Shown here piece after piece: positions 1 through 9,355 of a stretch of 64,000 bases of DNA; position 1 is the first letter of the stretch; each line of letters starts with the position of its first letter. Under the pieces are notes generated by a model, which had not been told where the DNA came from, did no database searches, and saw nothing but the letters and a program-made list of their open reading frames with translations. The stretch lies in contig JASFQK010000034.1 in NCBI GenBank assembly GCA_050115495.1, positions 16,083 to 80,082 on the forward strand, written 5' to 3'. The DNA is from Phycisphaerae bacterium. GTDB taxonomy: Bacteria; Planctomycetota; Phycisphaerae; UBA1845; Fen-1342. A program made the position numbers and the translations under genes.

Positions 1-2
1 CG

Positions 3-1322
3 ATCGACGCTGCGGCCACCGGCGACATGATCGTTGCCTGCCCGGGGCTGTACCGCGAGAACATCTACTTCGATGCCAAGGACGTGGTGGTGCGCAGCAT
101 TGACCCCGAGGATCCGGCGGTGGTCGGGGCCACCATCATCGACGGCGGCGGTACCGCAGCCGCCGTGACCTTCTATGGCACCGAGACCGACGACGCCGAA
201 CTGAGCGGTTTCACGATCACCAACGGCGGCGGCAGCTACGGCGCCGGTATCCGCGGCCGCAACACGACGTCGGACTACTACACGGAGGCCACCATCAGTC
301 ACTGCGTCATCGTTCGGAATGCGACGGTCAGCAACGGCCAGGGCGGCGGGCTGTATCGCTGCAGCGGCCTGATCCATGACTGCCTGATCCAGGATAACAC
401 CGCCTTGTACGGCGGCGGGCTCTGCTACTGCAACGGCCGCATCGTGGACTGCACGATCAGAGGCAATGTCACGACCGGGCAGGGAGCCGGGTTGTTCCGG
501 TGCGACGCGCTGATCGAACGCTCGCACGTTGTGGCCAACAGGTCGAGCTCGCAGGGTGGTGGCCTCTACTACTGCACCGGTCAATTGACCGACTGCCTCA
601 TCGCGGGCAACGTGGCTACCAGCGGCGCCGGCCTCTACAACCAGGGCGGGAGCCTGATCAACTGTGATATCCTCGGTAACCGCCCGAATGCGCTGCGTGT
701 CTACAACAGCACGCTGGCGATGCAAGGCTGCATCGTTCGCCAGAATACCTCGACGCAGATCAGCGTGGGTTCTGCGGGGCAGTTGACGGTCTCCTATAGC
801 AACATCGAAGGCGGCTGGATCGGCGAAGGCAACATCGACGCCGACCCGCTGTTCGTTCGCCCCGGTTACTGGGATGACGCCGGCACACCCGGCGATCCTG
901 CGGACGACGTCTGGGTCGACGGCGACGACCACCTCCTGGAGTTCTCTCCGTGTGTGAACGCCGGCGCTCCCGACTACGATCCCGGAGCGCAGGCCACCGA
1001 CCTCGACGGGAACCCGCGCGTGCAGTACTGCCGCGTCGACATGGGCCCCTACGAGTCCGCCTACTTCTTCGACTGCAACGAGACGGGCGTGTCGGACGCC
1101 TGTGAAACCACCGGGCCGGGGGACTTCACCGCGGACGGTTTCCTCGGCTTCGGCGACGTCGCGGCGCTGCTCACCACGCTCGGCGGTCCGGACGTCGTAC
1201 CCGAGCCGGCGATGCCCCCGTGCCTGCCGCTGTACCTGAGCACGTGCGACCTGGACGCGGATGGAGATCTGGACCTCGCCGACGTTGCCGCCTTCCAGAC
1301 GCTCTTCGGCGGTAACCGGTAG
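3..1322 (+). CDS. Secreted right-handed beta-helix (pectin-lyase-like) repeat protein with C-terminal dockerin-like motif; 5'-truncated by the window edge
   Basis: Frame is open from base 3 (IDAAATGDMIV...). Repeated GGGLY/N-x-A beta-helix motifs, NIDADPLF...SPCVNAG...DMGPYE segment, C-terminal GDFTADG...DLDADGDLDLADVAAFQ. Confidence 0.75.
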   Translation: MDAAATGDMIVACPGLYRENIYFDAKDVVVRSIDPEDPAVVGATIIDGGGTAAAVTFYGTETDDAELSGFTITNGGGSYGAGIRGRNTTSDYYTEATISHCVIVRNATVSNGQGGGLYRCSGLIHDCLIQDNTALYGGGLCYCNGRIVDCTIRGNVTTGQGAGLFRCDALIERSHVVANRSSSQGGGLYYCTGQLTDCLIAGNVATSGAGLYNQGGSLINCDILGNRPNALRVYNSTLAMQGCIVRQNTSTQISVGSAGQLTVSYSNIEGGWIGEGNIDADPLFVRPGYWDDAGTPGDPADDVWVDGDDHLLEFSPCVNAGAPDYDPGAQATDLDGNPRVQYCRVDMGPYESAYFFDCNETGVSDACETTGPGDFTADGFLGFGDVAALLTTLGGPDVVPEPAMPPCLPLYLSTCDLDADGDLDLADVAAFQTLFGGNR

Positions 1323-1360
1323 AGAGACGTGCGTTTCAGATTGGTGGGGGGCAGACGGAC

Positions 1361-1401
1361 GGCGGGGCCGCGGCAACGTAGCGGCCCCGCCGCCATCTTT
1401 T
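1361..1401. terminator. Hairpin between convergent genes, probable intrinsic terminator
   Basis: GGCGGGGCCGC (1361-1371) / GCGGCCCCGCC (1381-1391) 11-bp stem followed by a short T run. Confidence 0.6.
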
Positions 1402-1405
1402 CGGT

Positions 1406-4400
1406 CTAACGACGGACGCGGCGTTTCAGGCCCATGATGCCCAGCACGCAGAAGGGCAGCACGCCGAGCAGGCCGCCGCCGCACGCGCCGCGGGCCGGTT
1501 GATTGGCCACACCCGTCAGCGTGTCGTCGTCGGACAGATCGCGCTGGCTCTGGTCTTCCTGATTGTTTTCTTCCTCGATGATCGGCTCGTAGGGCGGCGT
1601 GTACTCGTTGACGTCCTCGACCTCCGGGTCGCAGGTGTCGCCGATGCCGTCGTTGTCGGCGTCGATCTGATCGGGGTTCCAGATGAACTTGCAGTTGTCG
1701 CAGGCGTCGCCGGCGCCGTCATTGTCCGTGTCGGCCTGGTTGGCGTTGGGGACGAACGGACAGTTGTCGGCGCAGTTCGGGATACCGTCGCCGTCCGTGT
1801 CGGCGTCGCTCGCGCCGCAGCCGCACCAGCCGGGATCGACCTTGTCCGGATCGTCGGGGCAGCCGTCGACGCAGTCGGGCGTGCCGTCGCCGTCGGAATC
1901 GATGTCGGACAGGTCACAGCCACAGATGCCCGGCTCCGTGCGGTTGGCGTTGTGCGGGCAGCCGTCGATGCAGTCCGGGACGCCGTCGCCGTCGGAGTCG
2001 ATGTCGGGTACCCCGCAGCCGCAGTCGCCAGGGACGGTTTTGGCCTTGTCGTACGGGCAGCCGTCGATCGTGTTGGGCACACCGTCGCCGTCGATGTCGT
2101 TGTCGCAAATGTCGCCGATGCCGTCGGTGTCCAGGTCGGCTTGATCAGCGTTGGACAGCGCGGGGCAGTTGTCGCAGGCGTCGCCGGCCCCGTCGCCGTC
2201 GAAGTCGTCCTGCATCGGGTTGTATTCATCGGGGCAGTTGTCGGCGTCGTCGGCGATCCCGTCGTCATCGACGTCGATGAAGACCTCGTTGACGAAGATG
2301 ATCGCGGTGGCCGAGCCGCTGACCCCGGAGACCGGGTTGGTCACTTCGAGCGTGACGGTGACCCCTTCCGGGAAGGGCGTGGTGTAGACGTGCTCGAACT
2401 CGGCGGTATCGGCGGTGGTGCCGTCGCCGAAGTCCCAGTGGTAGACGAGCGCGGGGTTCGACTCACCGTTCTCATCGAGCGAGCCGGAGCCGTCGAACTG
2501 AACGCGGAGCGGCACGCGGAAGAAGGGATTGGTGTCCTGATCCGGGTAGGAGACGCTGATCAGGGCCAGCACCCGCGGCACGAGCTGCCCGTTGTGGATC
2601 TCGATCGGGACGCTGTAGGCGGTCTGGCCCGTGGTGAGGAACTGGAAGCGATCGGCGTCGCGGTCTCCACCGCCGTGCGAGAAAGCGTGCACCCGGTAGC
2701 TCACGCCGCCGGCGCCGGCCGAGTTGCCGGGATCGCTGGCGAGGCGGAGTACGGTGGGCGACGGGACCTCGGTGATCGTGTAGAAGCCCGGCCTCACACC
2801 CGGGCCGTCGATCAGGCGAACGCGATCGCCGGGGCCGAAGTCCGTGGCCACGAACTGAGCGGACGGATCGATCAGCGTGTACAGGCCGTCCGCGTTGTTG
2901 ACGTTGGCGCCCGGGCCGCCCTGGCTGATGTAGTCGGCCACGATCGTGAACGTGACTTCACCGTCCTTGGCGGCGGTGTACGGCACACCGGTGATGGCGT
3001 CCGGGTGCTGTCCGGACAGCGAGCCCTGGACCTGCCAGCGTTCAGCGCCGGCGATGGTGTGGTCGATGCAGGTGAGGGTCCAGTTCTCCAGTTTGGCCGT
3101 GTCGGGGTCCACGACGATGTCGGCGATGTGGCCGCGGCCGCGGTTGGTGGCGTCGGCCCGCGGGGTGGAATAGGCGGGTTCGACGTGACCGTCCTGGCCG
3201 ACGCCGGGCACGAGGCGGGCGTAGAAATAGTACAACCCGTCGCCGGGCAGATTGCTGAGCGGGAAGGCGTACGTGCCTTCGATGTCGCCGGGATTGCCCT
3301 TGATCACGGGGCCCGGCGGAGTGATGAGCGTGCCGTCGTAGCCGCCGCTGTCGCGATCGTAGAAGAACTGAAGCTCCGTGCCGCCGTAGAGGTCGAAGGC
3401 TTCGTAATGCAGGATGAGGTTGTTGTAGAGGATGTTGCTGGCGGGCGGGCGATCGAAGGTGAGCGTGGGCACCAGCCGTGGCTTCCAGAGGAGCGTCACG
3501 ACCGACCGGTCGGCCAGCTCGACGATGTTGGTGATTTCGAGACCGCTACGGGTCTGGCCGTACCAGCGTGAGCTGGGGTCGGTCTCGTGGTTCCAGATGG
3601 TGGTGCCGGACGTGCCGGGGAACGGATCGCCGTCGTCGCCGTCGTTCTCGCCGTTGTCGAGCTGCTGGAGACCGTCGGCCTGTACGATGGCATAGGCGAA
3701 GTGCGTGCCGACGCGCTGCTGGAGGGGGAACGACTCGAAGTTGCCGGCGAAGCCGGCGAAGTTCTGGCCGAAGTCGGTATGCATCACCATCATGCCGTCG
3801 CCCGGCAAAACGCGTGAGAAGTTGACTTCGTGCGGGTCGGTGGGGACGACACGGGTGAGGCGCCACAGGTAGAAGCGTTCACCGGCGTTGTTGAAGTTAT
3901 CGAAGTAGAAGACGGAGCCGGTGGGGTGGAAGGCGTAGTCGGGGAGGACGACCTCCTTTTCGACGGAGGGTGTGAGCACGTTGCGCAGATTGGTGGTTTC
4001 GAGCCACGGGGCGTGGTCGGTCCCGAACAGGGCGATACCGGTGCCGAACTCCTTGAGGAACGGCGCGGGATGCACGAAGGCGCCAGACATGATGTCCCAC
4101 ATGCCGACCGGCTTGTTCTCGAAGCCGCCAATGTAGACGTCGTAGTCGTAGAGGTCGGGATAGCCCTCCCAGACGTGGAGCCATTCGTGGGCCATGACAT
4201 TCTTCTGGAAACCACCGTCCGACTGGCCGGACTCGCCGGTGCTCCCCAGCGCGGTCACGAAATCAGAGAAGAAGATCGGCGAGAGCGGGTTTGCCGGGTC
4301 TTCCTGGATCTGGATCGGCAGGTTCATGGCGGGGGCCGGGAGCTGGAAGAGGCCGCGGCCACCGGGGGCCAGTCCGTCCGGGTACAGGCCCTCCGGCAGG

Positions 4401-6412
4401 AGGACCACGCAGTGCAGGAAGTTGAGCTGGTAGACCTGGCCTTCGAAGGTGACCGACACGCGCATGACGAGCTCGTCCCAGTCGACGGTGGTGTCGATGG
4501 CGGCCACGGTGTCTTCGGTGAGACGGGCGCGGTTGAAGGGATAGAGGCTGCCGTCGCCGCCGTTGTTGTTGGTGCCGGCGTCGAGATCGATGCAGTAGTT
4601 CTCGGTGCCGGCGGCGCGGACCTCGCCCAGGTCGAGCAGGCCGTCGAGATTGTAGTCGCGCTTGAGCGTTTCCGGGCGAGGCGTGACGCCGTCTTCTTCG
4701 TACGTCTCGGCGGAGTCCTTCATCCAGGTGAGGAACTCGAGCGTGAGCACGTTGCCGCCGTCGTAGCCGTTGGCGCCGTGCACGTTGTAGGCCAGCGGGC
4801 CGGCGGGCGGAATGATCTGGTCGCCGCCGCTGGAGCCGGGCTCCGTGGGGTCGCCACTGCCGACGTCCTCCCCGTAGGCCGCGGTGTTGCCGGTCGAAGT
4901 GACCTCGCCGAGGCGGCCGTCACCGCCGTAGCCGAGCCCCGAGATGGAACGGGCGTGGTAGATCGAGGAGGGGAGGTCGTCGAACTCGGCGGGGCCGTCA
5001 TAGTAGTCGGGCGTCCCGTTGTTGTCGGAGTCGAGCGTGTCCGGCAGGATCTCGCCGGTCAGTAGCGAGGGATCGACGGAGCCGTCACCGACATTGGCCG
5101 CATCCTGGTCCGGCACCTCGCATTCGGGCGGGTCTGACTCGGGCGTGCAGTCTTCGCCGGTGCGCGTCAGCGAGCCGCCGACGCTGGGGTAGAAGGGCCG
5201 GTCACCGGGGTCGGCCGCGTCAAACTCGCGCATGTTGGGGACGTTGGGGGCGCCCTCGGGCCAGCGTGGCGCGGTGGGCGGGATCGGCGTCGCAATGTCC
5301 GCTGCCGCGTGGCGGTCGGCCCAGTACGCGGGCCACCAGACGCCGCTGTAGTCCCAGGCGGTGTAGGGGGAGGCGATTTCATCCGGGCTGGGCGTGTAGG
5401 TCGTGGCGCCGGCGCCTTCCCACCTGGTGCTGCCCGCGACCTGCTGCATCTTGGAGCTGCCGTGCTCGGTCCAACTGTCCGGGCCGTCGTACTTGCCGTT
5501 GCCGCAACGGGCGATGAGGGCCTCAGCGTCGCCGGGGTAGTTCCGGCGAATGTAGGCCAGCGCCCAGGTGCGCGTGCCGACGGCCTGCGGATTCGGCGGG
5601 TCGGCTTCGTACGTGTTCTTCGAACTCGGGTCAAGCTTGATCCACGGCGGGTCGAAGCGCGGATCGTAGATGACGAGGAAGTCCTCGAACGGCTCGGGGA
5701 AGTCCCATTGGCCGTCGTCGTCGGTGTCGGCGCAGAGCTCATCACTCTCGATGATGCCGTTCTTCTCGCAGTCGGCGTTCCAGCCGTCGCGGCCGTTTTC
5801 AAGGAGGGCGTCATACCGGCCGTTGCCGTTGATGTCGCGGAAGCGCTCGCCGGGCGTCCACACGCCGTCCACGAGGCCGGCGGTGACCACGTCGTTTCCG
5901 GGCGGCTGGCCGGGTGTGCCGGTGCCGGGCAGGTCGCCGTTGTAGTCGATGAGGAACATCTGCTGGGACTCGTCGAAGTCCTCGCCCGCGAACTGGTCAC
6001 AGCGGCCATTGTCGTTGAGGTCGGCGAAGGGCAGGACGAGCTCACGCATGGAGTATTCGTCGCCGGGGACCGAGAAGTCCGGGTAGTCCGGCAGTATGGG
6101 CCAGGGGAGTTCGGCCCAGGCGCCGACGTCGCCGGTGACGCTCACGGTGTTGTAGGAGATCTCGTCCCAGTATTCGGCGAAGGAGTCGATGTCGGGGTTC
6201 GCCCGGTCGAAGTAGTGCTGGTAGGCATCGTCCGGGTTCGGCAGCGGTTCTTCGGGCGGCCATGTCTCAAACGACTTGACCGGTGCGGCCATCATGACGG
6301 TGAACTTGCGCACGTCGGCGGAAGCGGGCACGACCAGGGTTGCCGACAGCAGCAGCGCAACGAGGACGCAGGCGGACAATGGACGGCGGGCGAGTAGCGC
6401 ATGAGGTTGCAT
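1406..6412 (-). CDS. Large secreted M6 (immune inhibitor A-like) zinc metalloprotease with PKD domain, thrombospondin type-3 repeats and C-terminal membrane anchor
   Basis: Signal peptide from MQPHALL (ATG 6412). AHEWLHVWEGYPDLYDY (HExxH + PDLYD), WDIMSG, YHWDFGDG (PKD), many DxDxDGxxDxCDNCP repeats, C-terminal CGGGLLGVLPFCVLGIMGLKRRVRR. Confidence 0.8.
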   Translation of the reverse strand: MQPHALLARRPLSACVLVALLLSATLVVPASADVRKFTVMMAAPVKSFETWPPEEPLPNPDDAYQHYFDRANPDIDSFAEYWDEISYNTVSVTGDVGAWAELPWPILPDYPDFSVPGDEYSMRELVLPFADLNDNGRCDQFAGEDFDESQQMFLIDYNGDLPGTGTPGQPPGNDVVTAGLVDGVWTPGERFRDINGNGRYDALLENGRDGWNADCEKNGIIESDELCADTDDDGQWDFPEPFEDFLVIYDPRFDPPWIKLDPSSKNTYEADPPNPQAVGTRTWALAYIRRNYPGDAEALIARCGNGKYDGPDSWTEHGSSKMQQVAGSTRWEGAGATTYTPSPDEIASPYTAWDYSGVWWPAYWADRHAAADIATPIPPTAPRWPEGAPNVPNMREFDAADPGDRPFYPSVGGSLTRTGEDCTPESDPPECEVPDQDAANVGDGSVDPSLLTGEILPDTLDSDNNGTPDYYDGPAEFDDLPSSIYHARSISGLGYGGDGRLGEVTSTGNTAAYGEDVGSGDPTEPGSSGGDQIIPPAGPLAYNVHGANGYDGGNVLTLEFLTWMKDSAETYEEDGVTPRPETLKRDYNLDGLLDLGEVRAAGTENYCIDLDAGTNNNGGDGSLYPFNRARLTEDTVAAIDTTVDWDELVMRVSVTFEGQVYQLNFLHCVVLLPEGLYPDGLAPGGRGLFQLPAPAMNLPIQIQEDPANPLSPIFFSDFVTALGSTGESGQSDGGFQKNVMAHEWLHVWEGYPDLYDYDVYIGGFENKPVGMWDIMSGAFVHPAPFLKEFGTGIALFGTDHAPWLETTNLRNVLTPSVEKEVVLPDYAFHPTGSVFYFDNFNNAGERFYLWRLTRVVPTDPHEVNFSRVLPGDGMMVMHTDFGQNFAGFAGNFESFPLQQRVGTHFAYAIVQADGLQQLDNGENDGDDGDPFPGTSGTTIWNHETDPSSRWYGQTRSGLEITNIVELADRSVVTLLWKPRLVPTLTFDRPPASNILYNNLILHYEAFDLYGGTELQFFYDRDSGGYDGTLITPPGPVIKGNPGDIEGTYAFPLSNLPGDGLYYFYARLVPGVGQDGHVEPAYSTPRADATNRGRGHIADIVVDPDTAKLENWTLTCIDHTIAGAERWQVQGSLSGQHPDAITGVPYTAAKDGEVTFTIVADYISQGGPGANVNNADGLYTLIDPSAQFVATDFGPGDRVRLIDGPGVRPGFYTITEVPSPTVLRLASDPGNSAGAGGVSYRVHAFSHGGGDRDADRFQFLTTGQTAYSVPIEIHNGQLVPRVLALISVSYPDQDTNPFFRVPLRVQFDGSGSLDENGESNPALVYHWDFGDGTTADTAEFEHVYTTPFPEGVTVTLEVTNPVSGVSGSATAIIFVNEVFIDVDDDGIADDADNCPDEYNPMQDDFDGDGAGDACDNCPALSNADQADLDTDGIGDICDNDIDGDGVPNTIDGCPYDKAKTVPGDCGCGVPDIDSDGDGVPDCIDGCPHNANRTEPGICGCDLSDIDSDGDGTPDCVDGCPDDPDKVDPGWCGCGASDADTDGDGIPNCADNCPFVPNANQADTDNDGAGDACDNCKFIWNPDQIDADNDGIGDTCDPEVEDVNEYTPPYEPIIEEENNQEDQSQRDLSDDDTLTGVANQPARGACGGGLLGVLPFCVLGIMGLKRRVRR

Positions 6413-6710
6413 GACTTGTTCCCCAGACCCGATTAGAAGTTGCAGGTGGCGGCGGCGTACACGGCCGCACCACCGACGCGAGGCATCGGCGCCCAGCGTG
6501 CCGGACGCGAGACGTCCGGGCTGGCGCGCTGAAGCGGCGCACCAACAATACAAGCCGAAACTCCTCAGGGCCCGCAACCGCTCCAATGCTAGCGCCGGAG
6601 AGGTGTCCGTCAATGTCAGGCGGGCTGCAGAGATACAACTACGACGGTGTGGAGCCAGCGGACGAGTTGACGACCGGCCGTGGGCACGCCGGAGGCGCAG
6701 ACGGTTTCGC

Positions 6711-6739
6711 TTGAAAAAGCGGGGTGCGCGAGCTAGGCT
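6711..6739 (+). promoter_or_regulatory. Candidate sigma70-type promoter for tRNA-Arg
   Basis: TTGAAA-17 nt-TAGGCT about 50 nt upstream of the tRNA. Confidence 0.45.
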
Positions 6740-6791
6740 GCTATCGCCGGATCGAGTGAGGCAGTGCATGTGTGCCGCTCGTCTGCGGTAT

Positions 6792-6865
6792 GCGCCCGTA
6801 GCTCAGTTGGACAGAGCAGCGGCCTTCTAAGCCGCGGGTCGCAGGTTCGACTCCTGCCGGGCGCG
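6792..6865 (+). tRNA. tRNA-Arg(TCT), likely prophage integration site
   Basis: Cloverleaf: GCGCCCG/CGGGCGC acceptor, GCTC D-stem, GCGGC-CTTCTAA-GCCGC anticodon arm, GCAGG-TTCGACT-CCTGC T arm. CCA not encoded. Integrase immediately downstream. Confidence 0.95.
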
Positions 6866-6980
6866 ATGCTGTAAACCACGCCGAAAGCGTAACTTACGCT
6901 TTACCTCTCCCGAGGGAGGGCGCGGCAAACCGGTCCAGTTGCGCGGAGCGCGCTCCGCGCAACTCACGGAGAGCCGCACA

Positions 6981-8168
6981 ATGCCACGCCAATCTGCCCC
7001 GCCCGCATACCGTAAACGCCTTATCCGTGGTCGCGAAGTCGCCTTTGTCACCCTTCGGGACCCCGAAACGGGCCGTCGGCGCGATTACTGGCTCGGCGCC
7101 TACGGCACCCCCGAGAGCCGAGCTGCGTACGCCCGCATCCTCGCCGACTGGGAGTCGCGCGGCCGGCGGCTCCCGGACGCCCGGGGTCCGCTGCGCCCCG
7201 CTGACGGCGTCACAACCACACAGATCGTCGCGGCCTACTGGCAGCACTTGCAGGCGACGAAGCCCGGGAGACAGTCCGCTATGACTCGCACGCGGCTGAA
7301 GTCCTGGCGCGCCCACTACGGCAACATCGCGGCCGGCCAGATCGGCCCGGTCCTGCTGAACGGCTGGCGAAAGGCGGAGTTGGCCCAGCATTCGGTGGAT
7401 TGGGTGGCCCGAGGGACGACGGCTGTGCTTGCGTTGTACCGCTGGGCCGTGGCCAACGAACTGGTCCCGGTCGACACCTACCAGCGGCTGAAAACGGTCG
7501 AGCCATTGCGGCACGTAAAACGTAAGCGCGTACTCCCGGCTCCCGACGCCGCGATCGCGGCCGTGCGGAAGCTCGTGGGCCGCCAGGTCGGGGCGATGAT
7601 CGACCTCCAGCTCGTCACCGGCATGCGCCCCGGCGAGGTTGTCGTCATGCGGCCCTGCGACATCGACATGTCCGAGAAGGTGTGGGTCTACCGGCTCGAC
7701 TCGCACAAGACGGCATACCGGGGACGGGAGCGGGTCGTCTATCTCGGCCCGCAGGCGCAGGAGATCTTGCGGCCGTTCCTGCGGGGGCGGGCCACGACGG
7801 CCCATTGCTTCTCGCCAGTGGAGGCCGAGGCTGAGTGGCGGCTCGAACGGCGCAAGGCGCGCAAGACGCCCCTGTCGTGTGGGAACCGCCCTGGCACCAA
7901 CCGGCAGGCTCGCCCCCAACGAAGGCCGGGTGCCGCGTACACGACGCGCACGTACGGACAGGCCGTCGAGCGGGCCTGCCAACGAGCAGGCGCAGGCCAT
8001 TGGTCTCCGCACCAGCTTCGGCACAACTATGCGACAGAGGTTCGCCGGCGGTATGGGCTCGAGGCCGCCCGGATCCTGCTCGGCCACTGCTCGGCGCTCG
8101 TTACCGAAGCTGTCTACGCCGAGCGCGATCAGGCGGCGGCCATGCGGATCGCGGCCGAGATCGGCTAG
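6981..8168 (+). CDS. int: Tyrosine recombinase/integrase
   Basis: Catalytic residues TGMRPGE (R), HKT (K), HQLRH (HxxR), LLGH, AVY (Y). GGAGAG RBS before ATG 6981. Confidence 0.92.
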   Translation: MPRQSAPPAYRKRLIRGREVAFVTLRDPETGRRRDYWLGAYGTPESRAAYARILADWESRGRRLPDARGPLRPADGVTTTQIVAAYWQHLQATKPGRQSAMTRTRLKSWRAHYGNIAAGQIGPVLLNGWRKAELAQHSVDWVARGTTAVLALYRWAVANELVPVDTYQRLKTVEPLRHVKRKRVLPAPDAAIAAVRKLVGRQVGAMIDLQLVTGMRPGEVVVMRPCDIDMSEKVWVYRLDSHKTAYRGRERVVYLGPQAQEILRPFLRGRATTAHCFSPVEAEAEWRLERRKARKTPLSCGNRPGTNRQARPQRRPGAAYTTRTYGQAVERACQRAGAGHWSPHQLRHNYATEVRRRYGLEAARILLGHCSALVTEAVYAERDQAAAMRIAAEIG

Positions 8169-8485
8169 CGGGGCCCGCAGAACCCGGCTAGGGCGCGCGA
8201 TCGGGACTGAGGCGGTACGCCTGGTCGCCCCCGATGCGCCACGGGCCAGCAAACGCGTCGCGCAACGGCGCGCGAAAAACGCGAAGGCGGCCTTGACGCG
8301 TGCGGCCGGGACGGTAGGGTGGCGGGCGATATGAATCGGGAAAGTTCATCTCAGACGCCCCCATGGCGCGCGCCTGCGCGCCGTATGAACGACCCCACGC
8401 TGACCTGCGGGGACCGGCGACGGCCCGACCGCCTTTCCCGGGCGGATATCCAGATCAGCGTGGGGCTGTTCGTTTGGAGGCCCCC

Positions 8486-8686
8486 ATGCCTGCCTTGGAT
8501 GAGTACAGCCAACTCCCCCTATCCGAGCTGGTCAGGAGTCTGAACGACGTCGGCAGCGAGACAGTCACAATCGAGATGATCAAGGCCGACATTGCCGCTG
8601 GTGCGCCGACGAATCGCGACGGGACGATCAACCTCATCGACTACACCGCATGGCTCGCGGCCCAGCGGATCGGGAAAAGACCTTGA
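8486..8686 (+). CDS. Small HTH protein, paralog of the pre-terminase protein at 30061
   Basis: GGAGG RBS. VTIEMIKADIAAGAPTNRDGTINLIDYTAWL aligns with VTVEMLEADVAAGAPTNADGTLNLIRYAAWL. Confidence 0.75.
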   Translation: MPALDEYSQLPLSELVRSLNDVGSETVTIEMIKADIAAGAPTNRDGTINLIDYTAWLAAQRIGKRP

Positions 8687-8936
8687 CCGGACAGATGACG
8701 AACATTAACCTAACACATGATCGCTCGCCGCGTGGGCAAGAGGGGCGGCGAGACTCGCGATTCAGGCCAATTACTCTGGCGGCTGACAGGGAATCGCTGG
8801 CCATGGAGGGCCGACGCCGGAGGGGAGTTATGCTGCCGGGGCAAGCCGCATGTACTGGGCCATTACAGAAACGGCCAACGATTGTGTGGCAACACAACCG
8901 TCGGCCTGACCGTAGGAACCTTGTGAGGAGGTTCCC

Positions 8937-9332
8937 GTGGCTGGGGATATTGTACCACCGCCGCATGGCGGATGCGCGACGATATGGGAACGGCCGGATG
9001 ATCCGTCGCTGAGGCGCCTGATTGAGCGTTGGCCATCGCTCTCGCAGGCTGTCAAGTGCGGCATTCTGGCTATGGTTGATGCGATTGCCGAGGTGCGCCC
9101 GTGGATTACGAGTGCAGAAGCGGCTCGGCTGCACGTTACGGACATGCGGCCCGCGCTCGACGACGAGGACGCACGAGCCTTACTCCTGGCCGCGAAGAAA
9201 CGGATCAGTCGTGCGTGCCAGTCTGGACAGGTGCGATGTACTGGCGTCGGCTTCGACAGGCGGGTTGACCCCGACAGTCTCGACGCATGGCGCATTCACA
9301 TGCGACAGCGTGATCTGAACCGGGAGAACTGA
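8937..9332 (+). CDS. Hypothetical protein, probable excisionase-like HTH at the C-terminus
   Basis: GAGGAGG RBS. ITSAEAARL...ISRACQSGQV...RRVDPDSLDAW resembles a MerR/Xis-type HTH. Confidence 0.5.
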   Translation: MAGDIVPPPHGGCATIWERPDDPSLRRLIERWPSLSQAVKCGILAMVDAIAEVRPWITSAEAARLHVTDMRPALDDEDARALLLAAKKRISRACQSGQVRCTGVGFDRRVDPDSLDAWRIHMRQRDLNREN

Positions 9333-9355
9333 CCCTGCTGACGTCACTGGAACGT

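Noticed and set aside
1620..2280. Repetitive GCCGTCGCCGTCG...GCAG DNA resembling an array
   Set aside because: Coding thrombospondin type-3 repeats. No constant repeat with unique spacers, so not CRISPR.
1499..6397. Long plus-strand ORFs (1499-3571, 3830-5065, 5309-6397)
   Set aside because: Antisense shadows of the high-GC protease gene. V/G/A/R-rich with no motifs.
6413..6769. N-terminal 119-aa extension of the protease ORF in the track
   Set aside because: Arg-rich non-coding-like sequence overlapping the promoter region. The signal peptide begins at Met 6412.
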